This document shows positions 29,826 to 39,485 of a stretch of 64,000 bases of DNA, piece by piece (the stretch's first letter is position 1; the number at the start of each line of letters is the position of its first letter). The stretch is from Niabella sp. Its GTDB lineage: Bacteria; Bacteroidota; Bacteroidia; Chitinophagales; Chitinophagaceae. The stretch lies in the NCBI GenBank assembly GCA_017744715.1, contig JAGIAT010000011.1, positions 57,617 through 121,616 of the forward strand, read 5' to 3'. Below the pieces are notes generated by a model, which saw nothing but the letters and a program-made list of their open reading frames with translations, did not search any database and was not told where the DNA came from. The translations under genes and the position numbers were made by a program.

Positions 29826-32711
29826 ATGCGCAAATTTAAAAGAATTTATTTTGTTGTTCCTTTTCTAACAGCTATGATATCGATGGCTGGTAAAAAAGAT
29901 GTGGCCGCTTTTGTTCTTCCGGAGCTTTCGGATGCAAGAGGCGGTATTTTTCAAAAAGACACCATTCCTCAAAAATCCATAAACGACACCGTCCCTTCAA
30001 AAGAGGGCCTAAAGATAACCGATTCTGCCAAACTGGCAACAGATACGGCCAGGCGGGCAAAAACGGATACCTTCCATCTGAAGATCTCCAAAGACACGCT
30101 GTCCGGACCGGTAAAATATTTCGGCCAGGATTCTATCGTGGGGTTTCTTGATTCGAAAAAGATCAACCTGTACGGGAAGGCAAAGGCCGAATACCAGGAT
30201 ATGACCCTCACGGCCCCGGAGATCGCCATTGATCAAACCAACCATATTGTAACCGCCAAGTCCGGAAGAGACAGCACGGGTGAAATATCGGATTATGCGG
30301 AAATGAAACAGGGGGAAGAGGCTTACAAAAGTGAGGGCATGGAATACAATATAAAAACGCAGCAGGGTATTACCAAGGGTACCATTACCCAGCAGGGCGA
30401 AATGTATGTGCACTCCGAAATTGCCAAAAAAATAGATGCCCGCACCATGTACGGACAGGGTACTTTTTTTACCACCTGTAACCTGGATCATCCGCACTTT
30501 GGCTTCCGGGCCCGGCGCGCCAAAATCGTTAACAAAAAATTAGCGATTACCGGGGCTGTGCGGCCGGAGTTTGATTCTGTTCCGGTACCGATCTACCTGC
30601 CCTTTGGTATCTATCCCCTTTCGCAGGGCCGCCATTCGGGCTTTATGTCGCCCTCTTTTGAGCGCAACGACCAGATGGGCCTGGGACTTTCCCGCCTGGG
30701 CTATTACCAGGTAATTGATGACCACTGGGATGTACAGGTTTATGGAAACGTTTATTCTTACGGGAGCTGGATGGTGAACCTGCTGCCCTCCTACCGGAAG
30801 ATTTATAAATACCAGGGGTCTTTTAACTTCGGCTTACAGCGTACACGGCGCAATTTCAGGGGCGACCCCGATTTCTCCAAGGTAAGCACCTATACGCTTA
30901 ACTGGGCCCATTCATCCGACTCCCGCTCACGCCCGGGTGTTAATTTTTCGGCCAACGTAAACATGAGTTCTACCCGGTATAATGAAAACATCCCGAACAG
31001 TAACCTGCTGAACCTGGCCAACAATACCGCCGGTTCATCCATTACCTATGCCAAAACCTGGCAGGATAAGCCTTTTAATTTTACTGCGAGCTTTAACCAT
31101 AACCAGAACAACGCACAGCGACTGGTAACCTTCAACTTCCCGAACATGGCGTTTACGGTGAATACCATTTACCCCTTCCAGAAGAAGAACGCCGCCGGTT
31201 CAAAAAAATGGTACGAGCAGCTGGGTATCGGGTTCCAGACCGGGTTCCAGAACTCCATGTCGTACTATGAATACTCCGACCGGCAAAAAGATTCGCTTAA
31301 GGAGCTGAGCCAGTATAAGAATGCCTTTGCACGGATGTGGGATACGGCGCAATGGAATGCCAACCAAAGCATCCCGATCTCCCTTTCCCTGCCGCCCATT
31401 TTGGGTGGGGCTGTGATGATTTCACCTTCCGTCTCCTATTCGCAAAACGTTGTTAGCCGGGTTGCCACCTACAATGTAGAACAGCGGACCCTGGTGAATT
31501 CGGCCGGGCAAACCATAACCTATGATACGGTCATCGCCAATATGCGGAAAGGGATCGGATTGAACAAGCAAATGAGCATGGGCATCAGTTTCAACACGGC
31601 CCTGTACGGTACCTACCAGTTTAAAAACAGGCAGGTACAGGCGATACGCCATGTTATACGTCCTACCGTATCCCTAAACTATACACCCGACCTTAATAAA
31701 GATAACTTCCAGGCAGTTCGCATACGGGGCAAGGGAGACGCCTCCGAGGTGTACTCTACCGTATACTATGACCGGCTGGCCGGTTTGGGGGCACAATCCG
31801 TGCCCCGGTATGTACCGCGACGGTTTGGAGGTATCAATTTTGGTATCGACAATAACCTGGAAATGAAGGTGAAGGCCCGGAAAAAAAAGAAGGAGGATTC
31901 CGACAGTACCAGCACAAATTCAGACAGCAAGGTGGACGAAAACGGGTTTAAAAAAATCCGCCTGATTGAAGGGTTTGGTTTTACATCGGGGTACAACATG
32001 TTTGCCGACAGTAACTCTTACAAGCTGGCCCCCTTTAATCTTTATTTCCGCACCAACCTGTTTGAAAAGATCAACCTGAGTGCCAATGGTACGCTGATGC
32101 CTTATAAGCTTGATAAGAACGGATACCCCCTTTGGGACCAATATGCCTGGGATGGAGGAAAATTTAATGTAGGTACGCTCACCAATGCCAGCGTTACCAT
32201 GAGTACCAGCTTCCAGAGCAAACCCAAGGACCCCCAAAAAGCAAAACAACGGGAGGAAGCGCTCAACAAACAGCTGAATGATCCGATGTTACAGTCGCAG
32301 CAACAACGGTTGCTGGAATATATGCGTCAGAACCCGGCCGAGTTCGTAGATTTCAACACGCAGTGGTCCATCAATATTTCTTATTCGCTCACCTACTCCC
32401 GGCCTACCACCACCTCCGGAGGGTATGCGGGTAACGGAATCAACTCCAGTACCAATTTCAACGGAAGTTTTAACCTTACGCCCAAGTGGAACTTTAACGT
32501 AAATGGTGCGTATGATTTCAAAACCAAACAGATCCAAACCGTTGGATTTACGATTTCGCGGGACCTGCATTGCTGGCAGTTTTCAGCCAGTGTTTCCCCC
32601 GTGGGTATTTACAAATATTACAATTTTACCATCAGCCCTAAATCGGGTATGCTGCAGGATCTGAAGATCAACCGGAATCGGTCTTTTTTTAATGGCGGTC
32701 CGCGGTATTAG
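29826..32711 (+). CDS. lptD: LptD-like outer-membrane LPS-assembly protein
   Basis: OstA-like N-terminal region followed by a large beta-barrel-like C-terminus. The start is either ATG 29826 (MRKFKRIYFVV...) or the track's TTG at 29811. Confidence 0.7.
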   Translation: MRKFKRIYFVVPFLTAMISMAGKKDVAAFVLPELSDARGGIFQKDTIPQKSINDTVPSKEGLKITDSAKLATDTARRAKTDTFHLKISKDTLSGPVKYFGQDSIVGFLDSKKINLYGKAKAEYQDMTLTAPEIAIDQTNHIVTAKSGRDSTGEISDYAEMKQGEEAYKSEGMEYNIKTQQGITKGTITQQGEMYVHSEIAKKIDARTMYGQGTFFTTCNLDHPHFGFRARRAKIVNKKLAITGAVRPEFDSVPVPIYLPFGIYPLSQGRHSGFMSPSFERNDQMGLGLSRLGYYQVIDDHWDVQVYGNVYSYGSWMVNLLPSYRKIYKYQGSFNFGLQRTRRNFRGDPDFSKVSTYTLNWAHSSDSRSRPGVNFSANVNMSSTRYNENIPNSNLLNLANNTAGSSITYAKTWQDKPFNFTASFNHNQNNAQRLVTFNFPNMAFTVNTIYPFQKKNAAGSKKWYEQLGIGFQTGFQNSMSYYEYSDRQKDSLKELSQYKNAFARMWDTAQWNANQSIPISLSLPPILGGAVMISPSVSYSQNVVSRVATYNVEQRTLVNSAGQTITYDTVIANMRKGIGLNKQMSMGISFNTALYGTYQFKNRQVQAIRHVIRPTVSLNYTPDLNKDNFQAVRIRGKGDASEVYSTVYYDRLAGLGAQSVPRYVPRRFGGINFGIDNNLEMKVKARKKKKEDSDSTSTNSDSKVDENGFKKIRLIEGFGFTSGYNMFADSNSYKLAPFNLYFRTNLFEKINLSANGTLMPYKLDKNGYPLWDQYAWDGGKFNVGTLTNASVTMSTSFQSKPKDPQKAKQREEALNKQLNDPMLQSQQQRLLEYMRQNPAEFVDFNTQWSINISYSLTYSRPTTTSGGYAGNGINSSTNFNGSFNLTPKWNFNVNGAYDFKTKQIQTVGFTISRDLHCWQFSASVSPVGIYKYYNFTISPKSGMLQDLKINRNRSFFNGGPRY

Positions 32712-33104
32712 GAGTTTCAAGTTTAAGGTTCAATGTTCCAGGTTAGATTTCGGCTTACACTTGACGAAAGCAGGCAAATCTGTGATCCTGACCAATCAGC
32801 TGAAGACCGTTTAAGGTTTCATGTTCAACGTTCCAGTTAGATTCCGGTTATACTTGATGAAAGCAGACAAATCCGTGATCCGAACCAATCAGCTGAAGAC
32901 TGAAAACTGATCACTGATAACTGTTCCAAGTTTAAGGTTCAATGTTCCAGGTTAGATTTCGGCTTACACTTGATGAAAGCAGACAAATCCGTGATCCGAA
33001 CCCCAATCAGCTAAAGACTGAAAACTGATCACTGAAAACTGTTTTAAGTTTAAGATTCCAGGTTAGCTCCGTTTCATACTTGTAGATACTTGTAGCCTGC
33101 CCGC
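32712..33104. repeat. about 3.5 tandem copies of a ~115-bp composite repeat unit
   Basis: Units at about 32714-32808, 32809-32927, 32928-33045 and a partial 33046-33104. Each is [GTTTAAGGTTCAATGTTCCAGGTTAGATTTCGG]-core-[CCGTGATCCGAACC..CAGCTGAAGACTGAAAACTGATCACTGA]. Confidence 0.85.
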
Positions 33105-33860
33105 TCATTTTTCCACCTTCGCATGCGCGCTCAGATACGCTTCCATCACACCAAACACTTCTTCTTTCAGCGCTGCCGTATTCCTTCCGTTCACCTCAAC
33201 AGGTTTTAAAAAATGGATCTCCAGGGTACGGGGCAAAAAGAAGAATGGCTTATGCAGGGGTACGGCCTGCTTGGTGCCCAGGATCACGGCTGGGATAATC
33301 GGGTGCCCGGTATCTTCAGCCAGCTTAAAGGCTCCGTTATAGAACGGTTTCAGCAATGCTTCCGTACGGTTCCGCGTACCCTCCGGGTAAATGCACATAT
33401 GCATGCCCTGCCGGAGGACCGCTTTCATTTTTTCGATACTGCGTTTCCGGCTGGTTTCACTTTTACGGTCAACCAGTACAGAACCCTTCGTATAATACCA
33501 GCCAAAAATGGGAATTTTTGCAAAGCTGCTTTTGGCAATGGTTTTATTAGGACCAGGAATAAATGCAGACGACAAGGGGATATCCAGCAGCGAATTGTGA
33601 TTGCAGGTAACTACATACCCCGTACCTTTTTTAAAGTTACCGGTACCGCGTATGCGTATACGGCAGCCGATCAGGAAGAACCATACATGCATCCACACTT
33701 TCGATACACGGATAAAATAGGCGGTGGAGGCTGGTTCAGAAAACAGGTAAGAGATCAACGCAAAGGGCAACACCAAAAGGAATGTGATGATAAAGGTAAC
33801 CAGCGCCCAAGCCGCACAAACCCTGCCCGCTATTTCTTTAAATACCTGCATATTCAGCAA
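33105..33860 (-). CDS. plsC: 1-acyl-sn-glycerol-3-phosphate acyltransferase
   Basis: N-terminal TM helix, NHNSLLD (HX4D) and YPEGTR motifs. Confidence 0.85.
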   Translation of the reverse strand: MLNMQVFKEIAGRVCAAWALVTFIITFLLVLPFALISYLFSEPASTAYFIRVSKVWMHVWFFLIGCRIRIRGTGNFKKGTGYVVTCNHNSLLDIPLSSAFIPGPNKTIAKSSFAKIPIFGWYYTKGSVLVDRKSETSRKRSIEKMKAVLRQGMHMCIYPEGTRNRTEALLKPFYNGAFKLAEDTGHPIIPAVILGTKQAVPLHKPFFFLPRTLEIHFLKPVEVNGRNTAALKEEVFGVMEAYLSAHAKVEK

Positions 33861-33940
33861 TTATACAATCAAAAATAGCAGTTTTGGCCCAGTAGCTTTG
33901 AATCTTTTGCGCAAAACTGCTCCTGCCTAAGAACCTGCAT

Positions 33941-33974
33941 ACAAAAAAGGCGCCGATTGCCGGATCAGCGCCTT
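33941..33974 (-). terminator. rho-independent terminator after the vWA gene
   Basis: On the minus strand: stem AAGGCGC / GCGCCTT with a 14-nt loop, followed by TTTTTTGT. Confidence 0.6.
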
Positions 33975-33994
33975 ACCCTTCGGTGCAGATGGAT

Positions 33995-34903
33995 TTACTT
34001 ACTCCTTTTGCGGCCGGTTTGGCTGCAGATGTTTTCAATAATTGCGATCAGTTCTTTTGAAATATTATTGAAATTATCAAACTCATAGGCCTTGCCTCCG
34101 GTGTTATTGGTAATCAAATGCAACTTATAATTGGCCGGGTAAGTTAGGTTTCCTTTAAAAGTAGTTAACAGGATGCACTGCACCCCCATGCTGTTGGCAG
34201 TAGCAGCCAGGGCATCCAGGTAGGTATCATCCGCAGCGGTGGCGTTATCATCATCACCGCTGGCCGGAGCATCCGTAATGATTACCGCCAGCCTGGTAAT
34301 ATTGCCGCTGCGCCAGGTTCCGGCAAACTGGTTGCTGAGGATCTCATGCAGCAGCAGGTCGCCCGGCTCCGGTCCCCCGATGCCGGCACCCAGTTTCATT
34401 GCCAGAGGATTGTTGATCTTTGCAAGCTGAGTACTGAACGATGTTTTGTTTGCCGGTACAAATTTTTCCATCATCGTAAGGTACTGGTTGGTGGTGGGTC
34501 CGGAAGTAAGGATCTTCTTCTGGCCGGCCGGCAGCGCTACATAATCTGCAGCAGTCAGATACATGGGCAACGGGAATCCGCCGCCTTCTTTTGTATATTC
34601 ATCAAACAGCGATAACGACAGGCGGTAATCGCCTCCGGACTCCGTTACAATGGTATTGGCGATGTTGTTTACCTCCTTTTTTACAGAGTCGATCGCAGGT
34701 CCCATGCTTCCGGTATAATCTAACAGGAACGCTACATCCATACCCGCGTTGCAGCCCTGTGCTACCGACTCGGATGTTGTATAGGTACACGCATCTGTTT
34801 TTCTGCAGGATGCCGGCAGGCATAAGACCATTCCGGCAAAACAGCTTATAATAATTATCCGGACAGGATTTTTGATACAGGTGTATTGGATTGTCTTTTT
34901 CAT
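33995..34903 (-). CDS. von Willebrand factor A domain lipoprotein
   Basis: Lipobox-like LPASC. MIDAS-like DYTGS within VAFLLDYTGSMGPAIDSVK. Confidence 0.7.
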   Translation of the reverse strand: MKKTIQYTCIKNPVRIIIISCFAGMVLCLPASCRKTDACTYTTSESVAQGCNAGMDVAFLLDYTGSMGPAIDSVKKEVNNIANTIVTESGGDYRLSLSLFDEYTKEGGGFPLPMYLTAADYVALPAGQKKILTSGPTTNQYLTMMEKFVPANKTSFSTQLAKINNPLAMKLGAGIGGPEPGDLLLHEILSNQFAGTWRSGNITRLAVIITDAPASGDDDNATAADDTYLDALAATANSMGVQCILLTTFKGNLTYPANYKLHLITNNTGGKAYEFDNFNNISKELIAIIENICSQTGRKRSK

Positions 34904-35127
34904 TTTTTAGTTTTTATTGGTGAGGCAATGACGATGGGTATAAACTGGTTCAAATTCTTTTATTATTGATTGCCGTGCTGAACTAGTTCGGTAAATGATG
35001 GGCGCCTGGGGGTCAGCCACCGGATCGGCTTGTTATTCCGGCGGCACGGTTTCCCCGCATCCCGTTAAAGCAGGATCAAAAGGCAGGTCCCGGCCGTTGT
35101 TGAAATACCGGCCAGGCCCGCCGTTTT

Positions 35128-36951
35128 TTATCTGGGACAGATGACTTTCATTTCTGTACGCCGGTTGAACTGGTGCTCTGCTTCGGAACAGTTTACCCCA
35201 TCGGCGCAGCGGTTCAGCAGGCGGGTTTCTCCATACCCTTTTGCCACAATCCGGTCTCCGGCAAGCCCTTTGGAGATCAGGTATGCCTTGGCGGCATCTG
35301 CCCTGTTTTGCGAAAGCGTTTGATTATAGGCATGTGAAGCCCTTGAATCGGTATGGGATGAAAGCTCTACGCGCACACCCGGGTTGTCATTCATAAATTG
35401 CACCAGCCGGTTTAGCTCGGGTTTGGCATCTTCCCGGATAAAATATTTATCGAGGTCATAATGAATGTTCTCCAACCGGATCGCTTTATCACAATCTGCC
35501 ACTTCCATACACATTTCCAGTTTTACAAACAAGGTGGTGTTGCGGTTATAGTCAGACGCAGCAATATTCACCATCTGTGAAAAGTATTTTTCCTTACGGC
35601 CAAACACAGTGATTTCCGATTTCTGTTTCAGATGAAATAAAAAGGCACCACTACCATCGGTTTGAGTATTTCTCTCGATGGAGCTGTTCCGGTCTCTAAG
35701 CACCACAGTAACACCCGGTAAGGCGGTTGCGGTATTGCATACCACCGCGTTGCCCTGCAGTATAAAGTTTTCATCTGTGTACAACAGTTCTTTTTGCAGG
35801 GTTCCGTTGGGAATAAACTCCGTTCCATTCGCCTGTGCCGGTGCCAGATCCACTTCGTACAGTTTTCCATTAATGGTATAAGCGCCCGGGGTTATATTCT
35901 GGAACACAACCACTCCAAAAGCGTTGGTCACTCCGGAACGGATCACGTTTCCGCCGGCATCCTTTACCGCCACATCGGTGTGCGGCAATACTTGCTTTGT
36001 ATACTGATCACGCGCCGTAACCGCCAATGCGTATACCTGGCAGGCATTGCAGGTGGCCACCGGCGGCACCAGAGGTGCAGGCGCCTTTGCTTTTTTACGG
36101 GAAGGAAGGCGCAGGCTGATGCCGGCATAGGCACCGATAGATGCGATGTCGCAGTTGCAGGACTGGTCGATCCGCCGCAGGTCTTTTTCTGTGAATGAAC
36201 GTACACCTTTCTCATCCGGCTCAAAAGCACGGTAGGCTGCCGAATAACCTGCCGGCCCAACAGCGTCCTTAGTGTCGAAATGACGCAGGTAATAGGCCCC
36301 GATATGCATTCCGATAACATCATTAAAAAAGTAACGCGCAGTCAAAGCTCCTTTTACGCTGAATACGTTACTGAGGTTATACCCGCCATGATAATTAAGC
36401 ACCTGTTCTAACGACCCGCTTTTACCCGTAAGTGCCAGCCCGCCGCCTTTAACGGAAGCAAAGCCTGCCCTTCCGTTTAATTCTACCGCAAACCTGCCCT
36501 GACGATCGGTATAATGCACGCCAGGACCAATGCCATAAAAAACACGGGTAATGCCCTGTTTTGTTAAAGTAAAATCGGTGATCAGAACATTGTTGACCGG
36601 ATCAAAAACCGAATCCGTTGGATACCTGTTCTGCGGACTGTTTTTAATATAATCTACATCGGCCCCTACACTAAGCCATTTCCAGTAATAGCCCGCCGTA
36701 GCGCCCGCATTCAGGCCTCCTTTGTACCGGATATAAGGGGCATTATTTTTATAATCCGGGAACAGGTCGTAGCCGCCGTTCAAACCAAAGCGGAATCCTT
36801 TGCCCGGCAGCTGGTCTTCCTTCAGGGAATGGGTTTGTGCCCAACCCGACAGCGACAGGAGCAGCAGCGCAACTGCAAAAACAAGATAAAAAACGGGCTG
36901 AAAACCGAGCGGCCGGTACCGTCGGGCGAGGGTCAGAACTTTCGTTTGCAT
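35128..36951 (-). CDS. OmpA-family outer-membrane protein (beta-barrel + two CarboxypepD_reg-like domains + OmpA_C)
   Basis: The C-terminus ELSSHTDSRASHAYNQTLSQNRADAAKAYLISKG...NRRTE is the OmpA peptidoglycan-binding motif. Confidence 0.85.
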   Translation of the reverse strand: MQTKVLTLARRYRPLGFQPVFYLVFAVALLLLSLSGWAQTHSLKEDQLPGKGFRFGLNGGYDLFPDYKNNAPYIRYKGGLNAGATAGYYWKWLSVGADVDYIKNSPQNRYPTDSVFDPVNNVLITDFTLTKQGITRVFYGIGPGVHYTDRQGRFAVELNGRAGFASVKGGGLALTGKSGSLEQVLNYHGGYNLSNVFSVKGALTARYFFNDVIGMHIGAYYLRHFDTKDAVGPAGYSAAYRAFEPDEKGVRSFTEKDLRRIDQSCNCDIASIGAYAGISLRLPSRKKAKAPAPLVPPVATCNACQVYALAVTARDQYTKQVLPHTDVAVKDAGGNVIRSGVTNAFGVVVFQNITPGAYTINGKLYEVDLAPAQANGTEFIPNGTLQKELLYTDENFILQGNAVVCNTATALPGVTVVLRDRNSSIERNTQTDGSGAFLFHLKQKSEITVFGRKEKYFSQMVNIAASDYNRNTTLFVKLEMCMEVADCDKAIRLENIHYDLDKYFIREDAKPELNRLVQFMNDNPGVRVELSSHTDSRASHAYNQTLSQNRADAAKAYLISKGLAGDRIVAKGYGETRLLNRCADGVNCSEAEHQFNRRTEMKVICPR

Positions 36952-37023
36952 AGTATAAAATTTTAAATGATGGTTGTTGTTTTATACTATATCCGCGAAC
37001 GTTCTTTTTTGTTACCCCTGCAA

Positions 37024-37650
37024 CAAAAAAATAAACCGCAAAGAACAGGAGAACGCAGCGATCCGCTGAGCAGTAATCAGGTATTAGAACCGGCTCAATA
37101 GCGATCCTTGCGGACCCTTTGCGTACATTGCGGTAAAAAATTAACCGCAAAGGGCGCCAAGGTTTTTCGCAAGGTGCGCAAATGTCTTAACCCCAATAAC
37201 CCTGTTGCGTCCTCTGCGGGTGCTTTGCGCACATTGCGGTAAAAAATAAACCGCAAAGAACAGGAGAACGCAACGATCCGCTGAGCAGTAATCAAGCATT
37301 AGAACCGGCTCAATAGCGATCCTTGCGGATGCTTTGCGTCCCTGGCGGTAAAAAATAAACCGCGAGGGTACGAAGATCCTCCAGGTAGTAATGGGCAATC
37401 ATCGGTGCTGCTTGGGGAATTTACGCTTCTTGCAGTTTAAATGTAAACGCAAAGAGCCCGAGGAATACGCAAGGCAAATGTCTTAACCCCAATAACCCTG
37501 TTGCGTCCTCTGCAGGTGCTTTGCGTACATTGCGGTAAAAAAACAAACCGCAAAGAACAGGAGAACGCAACGATCCGCTGAGCAGTAATCAGGCTTTAGA
37601 GCCGACCCAATAGCGTGCCTTGCGAACCCCTTGCGCATTGCGGTAAAAAA
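37024..37650. repeat. complex intergenic repeat array: three ~80-bp A units and two ~70-bp B units, each bounded by TTGCGGT(A6-9)ACCGCAA hairpins
   Basis: A units at 37033-37113, 37248-37328 and 37546-37625. B units at 37178-37246 and 37474-37543. They are near-identical by eye. Track ORFs 36749..37398 are translations of the repeat. Confidence 0.85.
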
Positions 37651-37874
37651 CAAGCCACAAAGAATATGTGGCGCATAAGGAATACCTGGAAGCTATACTT
37701 CAGGGTCAGGTTGTTTACAAAGAAAAACAAGGGTTAGCTGGTCATTGACCGCAACTTCAAATGTCGCGGGTGTTGTAAAAAAAGGCCAGATCATCGTTGT
37801 TGTGCCCGGCTTACAGCTATGGTATAGCGGTGATATACGCAGTTCCGGGTTCGCCTGTTCACCACGAATAGCAA

Positions 37875-38510
37875 TCACTTATTGCCAAGCCTGCTTAAAA
37901 AGGTAGCCAGCAATTCCATATCTTTTATCCCCGGCGCTGTTTCAAACTTACTGTTTACATCCAGGGCATATACATTATTATCCTTTAGAAACGAATGCAG
38001 TGCCGCAGCATCATCCGGGCCAATGCCGCCACTTAAAAAATACGGGCGTTCCAATGTTGCTTTTTGCAAACCCGACCAGTCAAATTTTTTGCCCGTGCCG
38101 CCATAAGCCTGGGCCTTTGTATCAAACAAAAAAGCATCTGCAACCGGCACATACGGTTTTGTGATAAGCGCAACATCTTCATCACCCGCCACTCGGAATA
38201 CTTTTACAAGCTCCGCCATGCCCTGCAGCCGGCTGCAATATTCCGGCGATTCGTCGCCATGCAACTGCACCACATCCAGCCCGTAGGCTGCAATTCTTTC
38301 CCGGACATCCTCCACCGGTGCATTTACAAATACCCCGGCTTTTTTTATCCCTTTCTGTTGTTTCAGGGCTGCCGGATCGATCTTCGTGCCTACATACCGG
38401 GGAGAGGGTGCATAAAAGATAAACCCGGCATAATCCACACCCAGTTCAATCAGCTCCGCTACCTGCTCCAGCTGCGTCATTCCGCAAACCTTTACCAGCG
38501 GCCGGTTCAT
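37875..38510 (-). CDS. trpF: phosphoribosylanthranilate isomerase
   Basis: 211-aa TrpF-like ORF (VKVCGMT...). It has a 4-nt overlap with the trpC stop. Confidence 0.93.
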   Translation of the reverse strand: MNRPLVKVCGMTQLEQVAELIELGVDYAGFIFYAPSPRYVGTKIDPAALKQQKGIKKAGVFVNAPVEDVRERIAAYGLDVVQLHGDESPEYCSRLQGMAELVKVFRVAGDEDVALITKPYVPVADAFLFDTKAQAYGGTGKKFDWSGLQKATLERPYFLSGGIGPDDAAALHSFLKDNNVYALDVNSKFETAPGIKDMELLATFLSRLGNK

Positions 38511-39295
38511 GCATGTTCTTTTAAACGGTTTACAAATGCTTCAAATGCCATGGGCGGATGCTCCTGGCGCATAAAATACTCGCCGATTAAGAACCCCTTA
38601 AATCCGTTTTCCCGGAACAGCAGGATGTCTTCAATTTTATCGATACCGCTTTCCGCTATTTTTATTTTATCCGACGGGATCTTTGCAGCCATTCTCAGGC
38701 TGCGCTCAATGTCTACCGAAAATGTTTTTAAGTCCCGGTTATTGATGCCTACAATTTTCGTTGCTGCACAAACATGCGCCAGCTCCTCCTCTGCATGTAA
38801 CTCCAGTATCGTTTCCAGTCCCAGCGAACCTGCAAATACCGCCAGCCGTTCTACTTCCGCCGGTGTAAGACAGGCTGCAATCAAAAGAATAATATCCGCA
38901 CCCATCGATTTTGCCTCCACAATCTGGTATTCATCTACTATAAAGTCTTTCCGCAAAACCGGGATGGCATTCTTCCTTGCTTCGATCAGATCCGCAACAG
39001 AACCACCAAAAAAAGGCGTATCTGTTAATACGGACAAAGCCGCCGCCCCAAATTTTGTATACGCACCGGTAATGGTGGCTACATCCGCGTCCTTATTGAT
39101 AAATCCTTTCGAAGGCGATTTCCGTTTAAATTCGGCAATGATCCCGGTACTGCCCGGGGCCAGCAGGGAAGCCGCCAGCGAACGCACCGGCGCACGGAAC
39201 GCCTCGGTTTGCTCCAACTGCTCAATAGAAGTGTGCGCCTTTCTTTCCGCCACTTCTTTTCTTTTATGTTCGATGATTGTATCGAGAATGTTCAT
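38507..39295 (-). CDS. trpC: indole-3-glycerol-phosphate synthase
   Basis: 262-aa ORF with ILDTIIEHKRKEV and IIAEFKRKSPSKG motifs. Confidence 0.95.
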   Translation of the reverse strand: MNILDTIIEHKRKEVAERKAHTSIEQLEQTEAFRAPVRSLAASLLAPGSTGIIAEFKRKSPSKGFINKDADVATITGAYTKFGAAALSVLTDTPFFGGSVADLIEARKNAIPVLRKDFIVDEYQIVEAKSMGADIILLIAACLTPAEVERLAVFAGSLGLETILELHAEEELAHVCAATKIVGINNRDLKTFSVDIERSLRMAAKIPSDKIKIAESGIDKIEDILLFRENGFKGFLIGEYFMRQEHPPMAFEAFVNRLKEHA

Positions 39296-39485
39296 GTTAT
39301 TGTTTCAGGTTTAAAGTTTCACGTTAGATCCGTTTTTATACTCGATGCACTTTTCTGGTTGAGGCTCCGTTTTTACATGCACACATTTCCACATGCACAC
39401 ATTTTCAAATTCAAATACGGTTCGCCGTCTCAGAAGAAATCAGCTGATGGCTGACCCCTGAAAGCTGACAGCTCATAGCCCACCG
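39296..39485. repeat. composite repeat element filling the trpD-trpC spacer
   Basis: gtttcaggtttaaagtttcacgttagatccg... + CACATTTCCACATGCACACATTTTCAAATT array + ...aatcagctgatggctgacccctgaaagctgacagc. It has the same ends as the 32.7-kb unit, with an insertion. Confidence 0.6.

Noticed and set aside
28707-32711. Lys-rich inserts (GKGKKKKKVKKTYY in the amidase, KARKKKKEDSDSTSTNSDSK in the LptD-like protein) as a shared functional motif
   Set aside because: These are short low-complexity stretches that can arise from A-rich slippage. There is no evidence that they are related or functional.
32712-33104. Possible CRISPR array (regularly recurring sequence blocks); the same question applies to 37024-37650
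   Set aside because: The repeat units are ~70-115 bp, heterogeneous and directly abutting. They are not 24-40-bp repeats separated by unique spacers. No cas genes are in the window.
36749-37398. Three overlapping minus-strand ORFs (133, 66 and 85 aa) upstream of the ompA-family gene
   Set aside because: They repeat the same peptide words (FIFYRNVRK…, DYCSADRCVLLFFAVYF…) because they translate the A/B repeat units. No start or stop logic is conserved between the copies.
38064-39314. 416-aa plus-strand ORF
   Set aside because: It is antisense to trpF and trpC, both of which have unmistakable full-length homology. The product is low-complexity (Ser/Ala/Ile-rich).
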